A stretch of 64,000 nt of DNA from IMG/VR virus record IMGVR_UViG_3300025450_001231. One strand, written 5' to 3'. Position numbers and translations under genes: made by a program. Numbering within the stretch: the stretch's first letter is position 1; every line of letters begins with the position of its first letter. This DNA is from a virus (lineage: Duplodnaviria > Caudoviricetes). The notes below the pieces were generated by a model. It saw nothing but the letters and a program-made list of their open reading frames with translations. It had not been told where the DNA came from and did no database searches. This document shows positions 44,312-53,725 of the stretch, in pieces.

Positions 44312-45631
44312 ATGGAAGAAATATTAAAACTCGTGCGTGAATATGCAGAACAAAAATCTGCAAAGAAAACTTGGACTGCTGGTAAGGATTTTGTCAACTA
44401 TGCAGGTGCTTACTATGATGCGGAAGAATATGCCGCAGGTGTAGAAAGTCTATTAGGTGGCTGGCTGGCCATGGGAGATGCTGGATTAAAATTCGAGCGT
44501 AGATTCCCCAAGCAGTTTGGTAAACAGTTGGGCATTGTTACCAACAGTGGTAGTAGCAGTAACTTGTTAATGATGAGTGCACTAACCAGCAAGCGAGGAC
44601 ATAACCTGCCCAAAGGCACAAAAGTGCTGATGCCTATTGCAGGATTTCCCACTACACTAAACCCTACACTACAAGTGGGATTTACTCCAGTGTTTGTGGA
44701 TATTGAATTGGATTCTCTGAATCTCGATCTTGATGCAGTTGAACAAGCATTGGCTGCAGATCCAGAAATTCGTGTTATTACTTTTGCCCACGTGTTGGGT
44801 AATCCTCCCAATATGGATCGATTGATGCAGTTGGTCGACAAGTATAATCTTATACTACTAGAAGATTGTTGTGATGCATTGGGCAGTACTTATGATGGCA
44901 AGCCCTTGGGTAGTTTTGGTCTAATGGCCAGTTGCAGTTTTTATCCTGCACACCATATGACCATGGGCGAAGGCGGATATGTTGCTACAGATGATGCCAA
45001 TACAGATGTAATACTTCGCAGTTTCCGTGAATGGGGCAGAGGTTGTTACTGTGTTGGACCAGATGCCAACAAACTCAAATGCGGTACTTGCGGCAAGCGT
45101 TTTAACAATTGGATTGAAACACTACCTGATGAAATATTCGACCACAAGTATGTTTACGATGAGATCGGCTATAACCTAAAACCAATCGAACTACAATGTG
45201 CTATGGGTCTAAAACAGTTGGATAAACTGCCAGAGATTCACGCACTGCGCCGTCGTAACTATCAATTGCTGTATGATATCTACAGCAAGTACGAAGAATT
45301 CTTTATTGTTCCCAAGCCCCAGGCCAAGAGTGATCCCAGCTGGTTTGCTTTCCCTATTACCATTAGGTCAAGCGAACACTTCAAACGCAGTGACATTGTG
45401 GACTATCTCGAAGAGAATCTAATTCAAACTCGTCCATACTTTGCTGGCAATATTATGCTACAACCCGCATACAGTCACTTGATGGATCCACAGTTGGCCA
45501 AGAACAACTTCCCCAATGCTACCCACGCTATGACAAATACTTATTTCCACGGTACAAGTCCGGTGATTACACCCGAACAAATTGCTTACATTGGAGAAAA
45601 AGTAGATGGTTTTATGAGTCTATTCACATGA
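44312..45631 (+). CDS. rfbH: NDP-4-keto-6-deoxyglucose 3-dehydrase (E1, RfbH/DdhC)
   Basis: NSGSSSNL, EDCCDALG, SFYPAHHMTMGEGG (His replaces Lys), Cys-rich GCYC...CGTC Fe-S segment, YFAGNI. Confidence 0.9.
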   Translation: MEEILKLVREYAEQKSAKKTWTAGKDFVNYAGAYYDAEEYAAGVESLLGGWLAMGDAGLKFERRFPKQFGKQLGIVTNSGSSSNLLMMSALTSKRGHNLPKGTKVLMPIAGFPTTLNPTLQVGFTPVFVDIELDSLNLDLDAVEQALAADPEIRVITFAHVLGNPPNMDRLMQLVDKYNLILLEDCCDALGSTYDGKPLGSFGLMASCSFYPAHHMTMGEGGYVATDDANTDVILRSFREWGRGCYCVGPDANKLKCGTCGKRFNNWIETLPDEIFDHKYVYDEIGYNLKPIELQCAMGLKQLDKLPEIHALRRRNYQLLYDIYSKYEEFFIVPKPQAKSDPSWFAFPITIRSSEHFKRSDIVDYLEENLIQTRPYFAGNIMLQPAYSHLMDPQLAKNNFPNATHAMTNTYFHGTSPVITPEQIAYIGEKVDGFMSLFT

Positions 45632-46797
45632 AAAAATTAAGTACTGCCGCAATGAACATTGATGGACAACCAATGTTCAAATATTTAGATCGTGCCCGTA
45701 AGCTAGAAGCTGAAGGTCGTTCAATGATACATATGGAGATTGGTGATCCAGATTTCTGCACACCACCAAACATCACTATGGCGGCTGTTCGAGCGTTAGC
45801 TGAAGGACGTACACACTATACCAGCAGTTGGGGCGACTTGGAGTTTAGAGAAACCATTAGAACTGCTACTTACAAAAGTAGAAAGTTTATGCCAGACTTG
45901 AATCAAGTATTGGTAGTACCCGGTGCTAACATTGGCATTTACTATGCGGTGTTTACACTTTGCGATCCCGGAGAGGAAGTATTGGTACCAGATCCTGGCT
46001 TTGCTACCTACTACAGTTCAATTAAAATGTGCGGAGTAAACGCAGTTCGTGTTCCTTTATTAGAGGAAAACGGATTTAGAATGCAGGCCACAGATGTACG
46101 TGCACGTATCACTGACAAAACACGTTTACTGATTCTAAACAGTCCCAACAATCCCACTGGTGCAGTAATGACTCGGCAGGAGTTGAAAGACATCTACGAT
46201 CTTTGTGTAGAAAAAGATATCTACTTATACAGTGATGAAATTTACAGTCGTATGATTTACGATGACTATGACTTTAGCAGTCCTGCACAGTATGATCAAT
46301 GTCGCACACACGTTATATTAAGTAATGGATTCAGCAAGGCCTTTGCTATGACTGGATGGCGATTAGGTGCACTAATCGGTCCCCCTGAAGTTATGGAACG
46401 TATGAGTCAGTTGTTACAAACCACCAGTAGTTGCGTTAGTAGTTTTATTCAAAGTGCAGGTACCGAAGCCATACGTGGTCCACAGGATGCAGTATATTCA
46501 ATGATGAAAACCTATGAGCAACGCAGGGATCTATTGGTAGAGGGCCTAAACAATGTGCCTGGATTCTCTTGCCAAAAGCCTGGCGGAGCATTTTATGTGT
46601 TTCCCAATATTACAGGCACTGGACTTACTGATGTTGAAGTATGCGAACAACTAATGGATCAAGCTGGGGTAGTTACTGTTCCAGGCAGTTGTTTTGGAGA
46701 ACACGGAGCCGGACACATTAGACTATGCTATGCTACAGACAGAAATAGCATAATGTCGGCAATTGCAAGAATTAAACAATGGGCAGAAAAATTATGA
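45628..46797 (+). CDS. Class I/II PLP-dependent aminotransferase (aspartate aminotransferase-like)
   Basis: EIGDPDF, NSPNNPTG, SDEIY, GFSKAFAMTGWRLG, PGGAFY. Confidence 0.9.
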   Translation: MKKLSTAAMNIDGQPMFKYLDRARKLEAEGRSMIHMEIGDPDFCTPPNITMAAVRALAEGRTHYTSSWGDLEFRETIRTATYKSRKFMPDLNQVLVVPGANIGIYYAVFTLCDPGEEVLVPDPGFATYYSSIKMCGVNAVRVPLLEENGFRMQATDVRARITDKTRLLILNSPNNPTGAVMTRQELKDIYDLCVEKDIYLYSDEIYSRMIYDDYDFSSPAQYDQCRTHVILSNGFSKAFAMTGWRLGALIGPPEVMERMSQLLQTTSSCVSSFIQSAGTEAIRGPQDAVYSMMKTYEQRRDLLVEGLNNVPGFSCQKPGGAFYVFPNITGTGLTDVEVCEQLMDQAGVVTVPGSCFGEHGAGHIRLCYATDRNSIMSAIARIKQWAEKL

Positions 46798-47813
46798 GAG
46801 TATGCGATTGGATTGCGGAATATCTTTATAGTCAAGGAGTAGAACGTGTACACGGCCTTATGGGCGGTGGTGCAAGCGGTCTAAACGATGGCTTTATCAA
46901 ACAAGGACAAATTGGTTATATTTGTTATCACCACGAACAGGGTGCAGGTCATGCTGCCATTGGAGAAGCAAAATACACGGGCCGTTTGTCAGTAGTCAAT
47001 CCCACAACTGGTTGTGCTGGCACCAACTGTGCTACCAGTGTACTAGATGCTTGGCAAGACAGTACACCTGTGTTGTTTCTCAGCGGTAATGTCAGACTAA
47101 ACACCTGTAGTGGTTATATCAATCAAACACAAGGTATTAACATTCGCAAGTACGGTATTCAAGAACACCACGTGGTTGATACCTACAAGTCAATGACCAA
47201 ATTCAGTTACTTTGTCACTGATGTAAAAGATGTTGCGTATGTTATGCAGTATGCGGTGTATATTGCACAGGCCGGAAGACCAGGTCCAGTTTGGGTTGAT
47301 ATTCCCGGAGACATACAAACTGCAGAAATGCCCGCACGCTACAGAGAATACACTCCACCGACATTGCCCACAGTGGCAAAAAATGCGGTAGATTATTCTG
47401 CAATTAAAACTGCCATAGCAAATAGTCAACGGCCTATTGTATTGGCAGGCTACGGCATCAGACAAGCCAATTGCGTAGATGAATTTGTTGAATTTATCGA
47501 ACAGTATCAAATGCCTTTTGTTAGTACATATGGAGCGAGAGACTATATTACAGACTCGCACTCTTTAAGTATTGGTGCAGTGGGCATCAAAGGCAGTCGT
47601 GCCGGTAACTTTGCACTAACCAATGCTGATTTGTTATTGGTGTTGGGCAGTAGTCTGGGTGGTAGTGTTATTGGCTACGATCCAAAACAGTTTAGTCCTG
47701 CAAGTTATAAAATTGTAGTGGATATTGATTCAAACGAATTAAAAAAGAATATTGTTAAAATTGATGCTGCTTACAACATCAGCTTAAAAGAATTTTTCGG
47801 AGCAATGCTATGA
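46794..47813 (+). CDS. ThDP-dependent enzyme, N-terminal (PYR + central) half
   Basis: HHEQGAGHAA, TTGCAGTN, AWQDSTP, GRPGPVWVDIP. Confidence 0.9.
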   Translation: MRVCDWIAEYLYSQGVERVHGLMGGGASGLNDGFIKQGQIGYICYHHEQGAGHAAIGEAKYTGRLSVVNPTTGCAGTNCATSVLDAWQDSTPVLFLSGNVRLNTCSGYINQTQGINIRKYGIQEHHVVDTYKSMTKFSYFVTDVKDVAYVMQYAVYIAQAGRPGPVWVDIPGDIQTAEMPARYREYTPPTLPTVAKNAVDYSAIKTAIANSQRPIVLAGYGIRQANCVDEFVEFIEQYQMPFVSTYGARDYITDSHSLSIGAVGIKGSRAGNFALTNADLLLVLGSSLGGSVIGYDPKQFSPASYKIVVDIDSNELKKNIVKIDAAYNISLKEFFGAML

Positions 47814-48544
47814 CACGTGAAGAATGGATCAATAAATGTAATGATTGGAAATCTGCTTGGCCAGTTATTCAGCCCGAATACTTTGATGATGCCGATGGTA
47901 CGGTGAATATCTACGCAGTATTAGATGCAATTAACCAACACAGCGGTGCATACCAAGTGTTAATGGGAGATGCTGGCAGTATCAGCTACGCAGGCCCAGT
48001 AGCATTGAAGGCCAAAGCAGGTCAAAGATTTGTGTTTAACCCTGCTCAAGCTGATATGGGATGGGCACTGCCTGCGGCCATTGGAGTGGCACTTGCTGGA
48101 GGCAATGTTATTAGTATCATCGGTGACGGTAGTTTTATGAGTAACTTACAGGAGCTAGCAGTTGTTCGCCAACACAACCTAAATATCAAGTTTATTATTT
48201 TGAATAACAGTGGATACTTGAGTATTAGAAACACACAAACCAAATACTTTAACGGTCGAGTGTTTGGTACTAGTAACGAAACTGGACTTTGGTTCCCTAA
48301 ATTCAAAGACATTGCAGATTCGTTTGAAATTGGTTATGCAGAAGTCAATGGTGTTGCGGGATTAGCTGACTTTGCCCAATTATTATCAGCACCAGGTCCT
48401 GCTATCATCAACTGTATTTGCAAAGCCGAACAGGAAATTTTGCCAGCACAGGCATTGAAAAATGGCAAGCAAGCTGGGTTACACGATATGACACCATTCT
48501 TGACAGACGAAGAATTATCTGCGGAAATGATAGTCAAAGTCTAA
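47810..48544 (+). CDS. ThDP-dependent enzyme, C-terminal (PP) half
   Basis: MGWALPAAIG, IGDGSFMSNLQEL...NNSGYLSIR ThDP motif; ATGA overlap with N-half. Confidence 0.9.
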   Translation: MTREEWINKCNDWKSAWPVIQPEYFDDADGTVNIYAVLDAINQHSGAYQVLMGDAGSISYAGPVALKAKAGQRFVFNPAQADMGWALPAAIGVALAGGNVISIIGDGSFMSNLQELAVVRQHNLNIKFIILNNSGYLSIRNTQTKYFNGRVFGTSNETGLWFPKFKDIADSFEIGYAEVNGVAGLADFAQLLSAPGPAIINCICKAEQEILPAQALKNGKQAGLHDMTPFLTDEELSAEMIVKV

Positions 48545-48555
48545 TAAATATCAGT

Positions 48556-48948
48556 ATGAGTGCATACTGGCAAGACTATGTAAAAGCTGCTTATGATCTT
48601 ATACTGGAAAGTGAAGGTCAAACTGCAGTTTACTTGGACAATGATGTAGAACAATATGTTGTACATCTTTTTGCAAAAAATTTCCAAAGAACTGATATCG
48701 GCGAACAACCAATTGCAATACAGATGTTGGAAGCGGTTAATGGTAAACAGTTTGATCGTTATCAAACCATAGCAGATGAATGTTTGCTAATTCACAGTTA
48801 CCCATTAAAACGCAGACGCTGGCCCACCGAAACTTACTATTTGGATATGGGCACCACTGCATACGGTATGGCCAATATTGAAATTATGGAGCATAATTTC
48901 CAAACGGCCAGTCAGGTATTACACACAGTTTTCAGCAAGATTGGTTAA
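48556..48948 (+). CDS. Hypothetical protein (130 aa)
   Basis: Start MSAYW after late motif ATAAATA(48544). Confidence 0.6.
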   Translation: MSAYWQDYVKAAYDLILESEGQTAVYLDNDVEQYVVHLFAKNFQRTDIGEQPIAIQMLEAVNGKQFDRYQTIADECLLIHSYPLKRRRWPTETYYLDMGTTAYGMANIEIMEHNFQTASQVLHTVFSKIG

Positions 48949-49016
48949 AATAACCGTTGACCTAAAATGCATAATATGCTATTATTATGTATAACTTAAC
49001 CACACAAAGGTCTACT

Positions 49017-49172
49017 ATGTTTGAATCAATTGAAATCCGTAAAGCCGCAAATGGCTTCATCTTAGTCGTCAATACCGAAGACGAAAGCAAAGAATTTGTT
49101 TACGATACCAGTCGTAAGGCAATGAGAGTACTAAAGCAATATTTAGAAGCTGATAACAAAAGCGAAGAATAA
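49017..49172 (+). CDS. Small hypothetical protein
   Basis: MFESIEIRKAANGFILVV...; AAGG RBS. Confidence 0.6.
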   Translation: MFESIEIRKAANGFILVVNTEDESKEFVYDTSRKAMRVLKQYLEADNKSEE

Positions 49173-49251
49173 CCCGCCAAATTGGCAAGGTATTGCAAAT
49201 TAATCCCAATGGTGTTATACTAATGGTTCACTACAAATAAAGGAATTAATT

Positions 49252-49344
49252 ATGGAATGTACTTTCTGCAGAAAATGGCACTTCAAGGGCATCGAAACTT
49301 GCACCGAAGCACCTAAAAAACCCGCACCGCAAAAAGCTCAGTAA
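49252..49344 (+). CDS. Micro-ORF, 30 aa, Cys/His
   Basis: MECTFCRKWHFKGIETCTEAPKKPAPQKAQ; AAGGA RBS; promoter upstream. Confidence 0.5.
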   Translation: MECTFCRKWHFKGIETCTEAPKKPAPQKAQ

Positions 49345-49423
49345 TTGTTGTAAAAAAGTAACAAGCAGTTTGCCCAAATTTGGGCATTCTGCTATAATTG
49401 TAACTTAACAACAAGGAGCTAGT

Positions 49424-49711
49424 ATGCAGTTTAACACATCACCTGTTAGTACTTTGTATGTAAAAGTTAATTTTAAGCGTAGTCCCTATAAACGGGACGT
49501 TACAGCTTTGCGTATAGTTGCCCAAACTTACTCCAATTTTGTCAGCAACAATGCGTTATTTTTAGTAGATTTGCCCCCAAAAACGGCAAGTTTATTAACA
49601 GTAGAGGCAGCAGTAGAAGCACTAAAAACTCGTGCAAACGCCTTAAATGTTAGTGTTAAAATGCCCAATAATGTATACAAAACACTTGCACGTCGTGTAG
49701 CTGTTGCATAA
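49424..49711 (+). CDS. Hypothetical early protein (95 aa)
   Basis: AAGGAG RBS; promoter TTGCCC(49370)-17-TATAAT(49393). Confidence 0.65.
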   Translation: MQFNTSPVSTLYVKVNFKRSPYKRDVTALRIVAQTYSNFVSNNALFLVDLPPKTASLLTVEAAVEALKTRANALNVSVKMPNNVYKTLARRVAVA

Positions 49712-49746
49712 AAACAACACTAAAAGCCTGCCATTTTGGTGGGTTT

Positions 49747-49775
49747 TTGACACAAATTCTGTCTTTTGCTATAAT
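49747..49775 (+). promoter_or_regulatory. Sigma70 early promoter
   Basis: TTGACA(49747)-17 nt-TATAAT(49770). Confidence 0.85.
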
Positions 49776-49807
49776 ACTTGTATAGTAATTAAAAAGGAGC
49801 TAACAAA

Positions 49808-50836
49808 ATGTCACAGTTTATTCAAATTACACAAGGCACTTATCGTAATCAGCCAGTTAACGGTATGGTGTTTGAGCTAGTAGAACAGTATAAATCAGGT
49901 GCAAATGGTGGTTTTGTTACTGTTAAAAATAACGGCACTTTCCCAGATTTTCCAGAAAAACTTCGCATTAGATGCGGCGGAATGGACAGTTACAATTTTA
50001 CAACTTCGACGGAGAATACAACAATGGTAAAAACAGTTACCGCACCAATGGCAGTAGTAGAAACAGATGAGCAAGCCATTGAGCGTATTAGAGAGCGTTT
50101 TGAAATCCTTACAGAAATGACCAAAGCTGCTACCAATGGCGACATTCGTGCTATGATTGTGTCAGGCCCCCCTGGAGTTGGTAAGAGTTTTGGCGTAGAG
50201 CAAGAAATAGAAAAGGCTTGCTTGTTCGACCAAATTGCAGGCAAGAAACTCCGCGCAGAAGTTGTAAAAGGTTCTGCAACTGCTCTTGGATTGTATAGTA
50301 CACTCTACAAGTATTCGGACAGTAATTGTGTGTTGGTGTTTGACGACTGTGACAGTATTTTGCTAGATGATGTTGCACTCAACTTGCTTAAAGGTGCGCT
50401 TGACTCAGGTAAGAAACGCAAAATCTCTTGGTTGTCAGACAGCAATTTGTTGCGTAGAGAAGGTATCCCAGATAGTTTTACATTCAGCGGTAGTGTTATC
50501 TTTATTACCAACTTGAAGTTTGACCAAATGAAATCTCAAAAGTTACGTGACCACTTGGATGCACTCCAGTCACGTTGCCACTATTTGGATTTGACATTGG
50601 ATACACAGCGTGATAAATTGTTGCGTATTCAGCAGATTGCCAAAGATGGCGTATTGTTTTCGGACTATGATTTCGAGCAAGTTACACAAGACGAGATCAT
50701 TGAGTTTATGAATGAGAACAAAGACCGTTTGCGTGAATTGAGTTTGCGTATGGCTCTTAAGATTGCAGATTTGCGCAAGAGTTTCCCTACTCGCTGGAAA
50801 GCAATGGCTACCACAACTTGTATGAAAGCTGCTTAA
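49808..50836 (+). CDS. AAA+ family ATPase
   Basis: SGPPGVGKS Walker A, LVFDDCD Walker B, IFITN sensor, ALQSR arginine finger. Confidence 0.9.
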   Translation: MSQFIQITQGTYRNQPVNGMVFELVEQYKSGANGGFVTVKNNGTFPDFPEKLRIRCGGMDSYNFTTSTENTTMVKTVTAPMAVVETDEQAIERIRERFEILTEMTKAATNGDIRAMIVSGPPGVGKSFGVEQEIEKACLFDQIAGKKLRAEVVKGSATALGLYSTLYKYSDSNCVLVFDDCDSILLDDVALNLLKGALDSGKKRKISWLSDSNLLRREGIPDSFTFSGSVIFITNLKFDQMKSQKLRDHLDALQSRCHYLDLTLDTQRDKLLRIQQIAKDGVLFSDYDFEQVTQDEIIEFMNENKDRLRELSLRMALKIADLRKSFPTRWKAMATTTCMKAA

Positions 50837-51063
50837 TGTATACTGCTAAAGATAAAGCAGTGATGAAACTTTGCGAAGGGGAAAAAGGATTCGCCATCTT
50901 AGATAGTATGGTTACTTATCCCCGTGCCAGTATAGAATTCAGTGTTGATTGTCCTGCAGAATACATACAGATGATTCGGCGAGCACATATGAAGGGTTGG
51001 TTAAAACTGGTTGCATACGTTAAGGAAGAAGAATACATATGGAATCGATTGCAAAGTGAGTAA
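50836..51063 (+). CDS. Hypothetical protein (75 aa)
   Basis: TAATG coupling to ATPase. Confidence 0.6.
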   Translation: MYTAKDKAVMKLCEGEKGFAILDSMVTYPRASIEFSVDCPAEYIQMIRRAHMKGWLKLVAYVKEEEYIWNRLQSE

Positions 51064-51122
51064 GTTGTTTTTCTGTTTCGGTTGCCTACTTTTCTCAGTT
51101 AGCTCCTCGGGCAACCTTTTAT

Positions 51123-51149
51123 AAGCTCTACTTCGGTAGAGCTTTTTTT
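51123..51149 (+). terminator. Intrinsic terminator
   Basis: AAGCTCTAC-TTCG-GTAGAGCTTTTTTT. Confidence 0.9.
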
Positions 51150-51182
51150 GACTTTGTTTTACAAGTGTGTTAGAATTAACAA

Positions 51183-52220
51183 ATGATAAAATTCAATTAC
51201 GTAGAAGATTACATAGAGTTTTTTGCTGGTGACAGAGATGCCGCCGGCACGCTCATTGGTTTGTTTGACAGTCACAAATCTCCCATTAGTCTTGCAAGAT
51301 ACGATATTGCTATTGTCAGCAGTTTAAGTTCGCAAGTGGTTCATCATAACAAAGCCTACACTGACAAACAAGCAGACTTGGCCAAAAGACTGGTTATCAA
51401 ATACACAAGACAACTGTCTAGACTGTCTCCGCCTGTTGCAGTGCCCGATGACCTACAGTTTAGAATGGGCATTAGAGTTGTTGATAGGACCAAGAGCATA
51501 ACAGAAACCGACGAATATTATGTTATGCGATTCCCCTACGATAATGATTTTATCAATACAATCAAAAAGCAAATCAAAGAAGGCCAGGGCAAAATACTGT
51601 TCGACAAAGAACTAAGAGCTTGGTGCCTTGCTAAAACTGAATACAATTTGAATTGGCTAGTGACTATAGCTCCCACGTATGAATTCGAAATAGCACCCAG
51701 TATTCTCGCACAATATGATCAATTGACCGAAGTAGAAGCCAAAGGGTATACAATTGAATTGATACAAACGGGCGATCACTACACTATTACCAACGCCGCC
51801 GATAGTCTAATAGACTATGTTAACAGTAAATTGGGGGGCTTTGGTTTAGACAATTTACTCACATTAGTAGACAACAGCTCGGTATTAGGTTATAATGTAA
51901 ACCAAGACCTACTGAATACGTTATACAGTATGTACGATCCCGATACCGTAGATTATTTAACTGAAAGAGTTGTCAGTAAAGAAACTGACAAACTTGGTTC
52001 AATAGTCAAGTATGCTAAATTGGTAAATAGATTGCCCGTTTACATATATGACAATGCTGCTGATAGAGTTGTTGTTGACGATCCTGCAGTTGTGTATTTG
52101 GCAAGAACAAGCCCCAGTGATCTACAACCTAAATTGATAGTAACACATACTGCAATGATGATAGGTTCCAAAAAACAAAGTTGGTTAGCCAACAGTGAAA
52201 AAATAATTAAACTAGAATGA
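51183..52220 (+). CDS. Hypothetical protein (345 aa)
   Basis: ORF behind TTGACT-17-TAGAAT promoter; coupled to helicase. Confidence 0.6.
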   Translation: MIKFNYVEDYIEFFAGDRDAAGTLIGLFDSHKSPISLARYDIAIVSSLSSQVVHHNKAYTDKQADLAKRLVIKYTRQLSRLSPPVAVPDDLQFRMGIRVVDRTKSITETDEYYVMRFPYDNDFINTIKKQIKEGQGKILFDKELRAWCLAKTEYNLNWLVTIAPTYEFEIAPSILAQYDQLTEVEAKGYTIELIQTGDHYTITNAADSLIDYVNSKLGGFGLDNLLTLVDNSSVLGYNVNQDLLNTLYSMYDPDTVDYLTERVVSKETDKLGSIVKYAKLVNRLPVYIYDNAADRVVVDDPAVVYLARTSPSDLQPKLIVTHTAMMIGSKKQSWLANSEKIIKLE

Positions 52221-53674
52221 ACTGTACACTAATAATCAAAGACGAAGTCAACTTGAAAATCGAGGGGCTGGATCTTACCACAAGAAAAAATCTAGTTAAC
52301 AAATTCAAATTTGAAATACCTGGTGCCAGATATACTCCTGCAGTTAGGCTGGGACGATGGGATGGCAAAGTAGCATTTTTTGCACTGGGCGGTACTAGTT
52401 ATATCAACTTACTGCCAGAAATTTTGCCTTACTTGGAAGAACAGGGCTACGATGTAGAAATTGTTGACCAACGTGAGTACAGCACTACATTCAGCTTTGA
52501 TGAAATACGCGAAGACAGTTTTAGTCATATCAAGTGGCCACCCAAACACGAACGTGCAGGTCAGCCTGTGATGTTGCGTGACTATCAAGTTGGTATTATC
52601 AACAAGTTTTTAGCCAACCCCCAATGCTTGCAAGAAGTAGCTACAGGTGCAGGTAAAACTATTATGACTGCCAGCCTGAGTGCGTGTGTTGAAAAGTATG
52701 GTCGCAGTATTGTTATTGTTCCCAACAAAAGTTTGGTAACTCAAACTGAAGCTGACTATATCAATATGGGATTAGATGTTGGAGTTTACTTTGGTGACCG
52801 CAAAGAGTTTGGCCGTACACATACTATTTGTACTTGGCAAAGTCTAAACAATCTGCTTAAAAACACACAAGCAGGAACTGCAGAAGTAACTGTTGGTGAG
52901 TTTATTGAAGGTGTAGTGTGTGTAATGGTCGATGAAGCACATATGGCCAAAGCCGACGCATTGAAGACGATTCTCACAAGTGTGTTTGCCCGAGTACCTA
53001 TTAGGTGGGGATTGACCGGCACTATTCCCAAAGAGGATTTTGAGTTTATGTCCTTGCGTTGTAGTTTAGGCGAAGTATTGGGAAGACTCAGTGCCAGTGA
53101 ACTACAGGAAGCAGGTCATTTGGCCAGTTGTCACGTTAAAGTACGTCAATTGGTAGACTATGTAGAGTACAAGGACTATCAACAAGAGCTCAAGTATCTT
53201 ACTGAAAATGACGAGCGTATAGAATACATTGCTAATTTTATTGACAACATCAAAGAGTCAGGCAATACATTAATACTAGTTGATAGAGTTGCCAGCGGAA
53301 AACTTATTGTAAACAAATTAGGCGACCGTGCAGTATTTGTAAGTGGAGCCACTAAATCAAAGAATCGAAAAGAGGAATATGATGAGATTGCAACAAGTAC
53401 TAATAAGATTTTGGTGGCGACTTATGGTGTGGCCGCTGTTGGTATTAATATCCCTAGGATTTTTAATTTGGTTCTTCTGGAGCCCGGAAAAAGCTTTGTT
53501 CGCGTTATACAATCAATTGGGCGAGGCATTAGAAAAGCGGAGGACAAAGACTTTGTCCAAATCTGGGACATCACATCGACGTGTAAGTTTGCAAAAAGGC
53601 ATCTCACTAAAAGAAAGGCTTTCTATAAAGAAGCGAACTATCCATTCGAAGTGGAAAAGATAACTTGGCATTGA
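52217..53674 (+). CDS. uvsW: SF2 helicase UvsW-like
   Basis: LRDYQ, ATGAGKT, VDEAH, GLTGT, GINIP, QSIGRGIR. Confidence 0.9.
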   Translation: MNCTLIIKDEVNLKIEGLDLTTRKNLVNKFKFEIPGARYTPAVRLGRWDGKVAFFALGGTSYINLLPEILPYLEEQGYDVEIVDQREYSTTFSFDEIREDSFSHIKWPPKHERAGQPVMLRDYQVGIINKFLANPQCLQEVATGAGKTIMTASLSACVEKYGRSIVIVPNKSLVTQTEADYINMGLDVGVYFGDRKEFGRTHTICTWQSLNNLLKNTQAGTAEVTVGEFIEGVVCVMVDEAHMAKADALKTILTSVFARVPIRWGLTGTIPKEDFEFMSLRCSLGEVLGRLSASELQEAGHLASCHVKVRQLVDYVEYKDYQQELKYLTENDERIEYIANFIDNIKESGNTLILVDRVASGKLIVNKLGDRAVFVSGATKSKNRKEEYDEIATSTNKILVATYGVAAVGINIPRIFNLVLLEPGKSFVRVIQSIGRGIRKAEDKDFVQIWDITSTCKFAKRHLTKRKAFYKEANYPFEVEKITWH

Positions 53675-53725
53675 CATTGCCAGGTCGTTAGTGTATACTA
53701 ACAACATATAACAAGGATACAGTAA

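Noticed and set aside
47780-47840. Programmed frameshift joining the ThDP halves
   Set aside because: No slippery heptamer or stimulatory structure seen; ATGA coupling explains expression more simply
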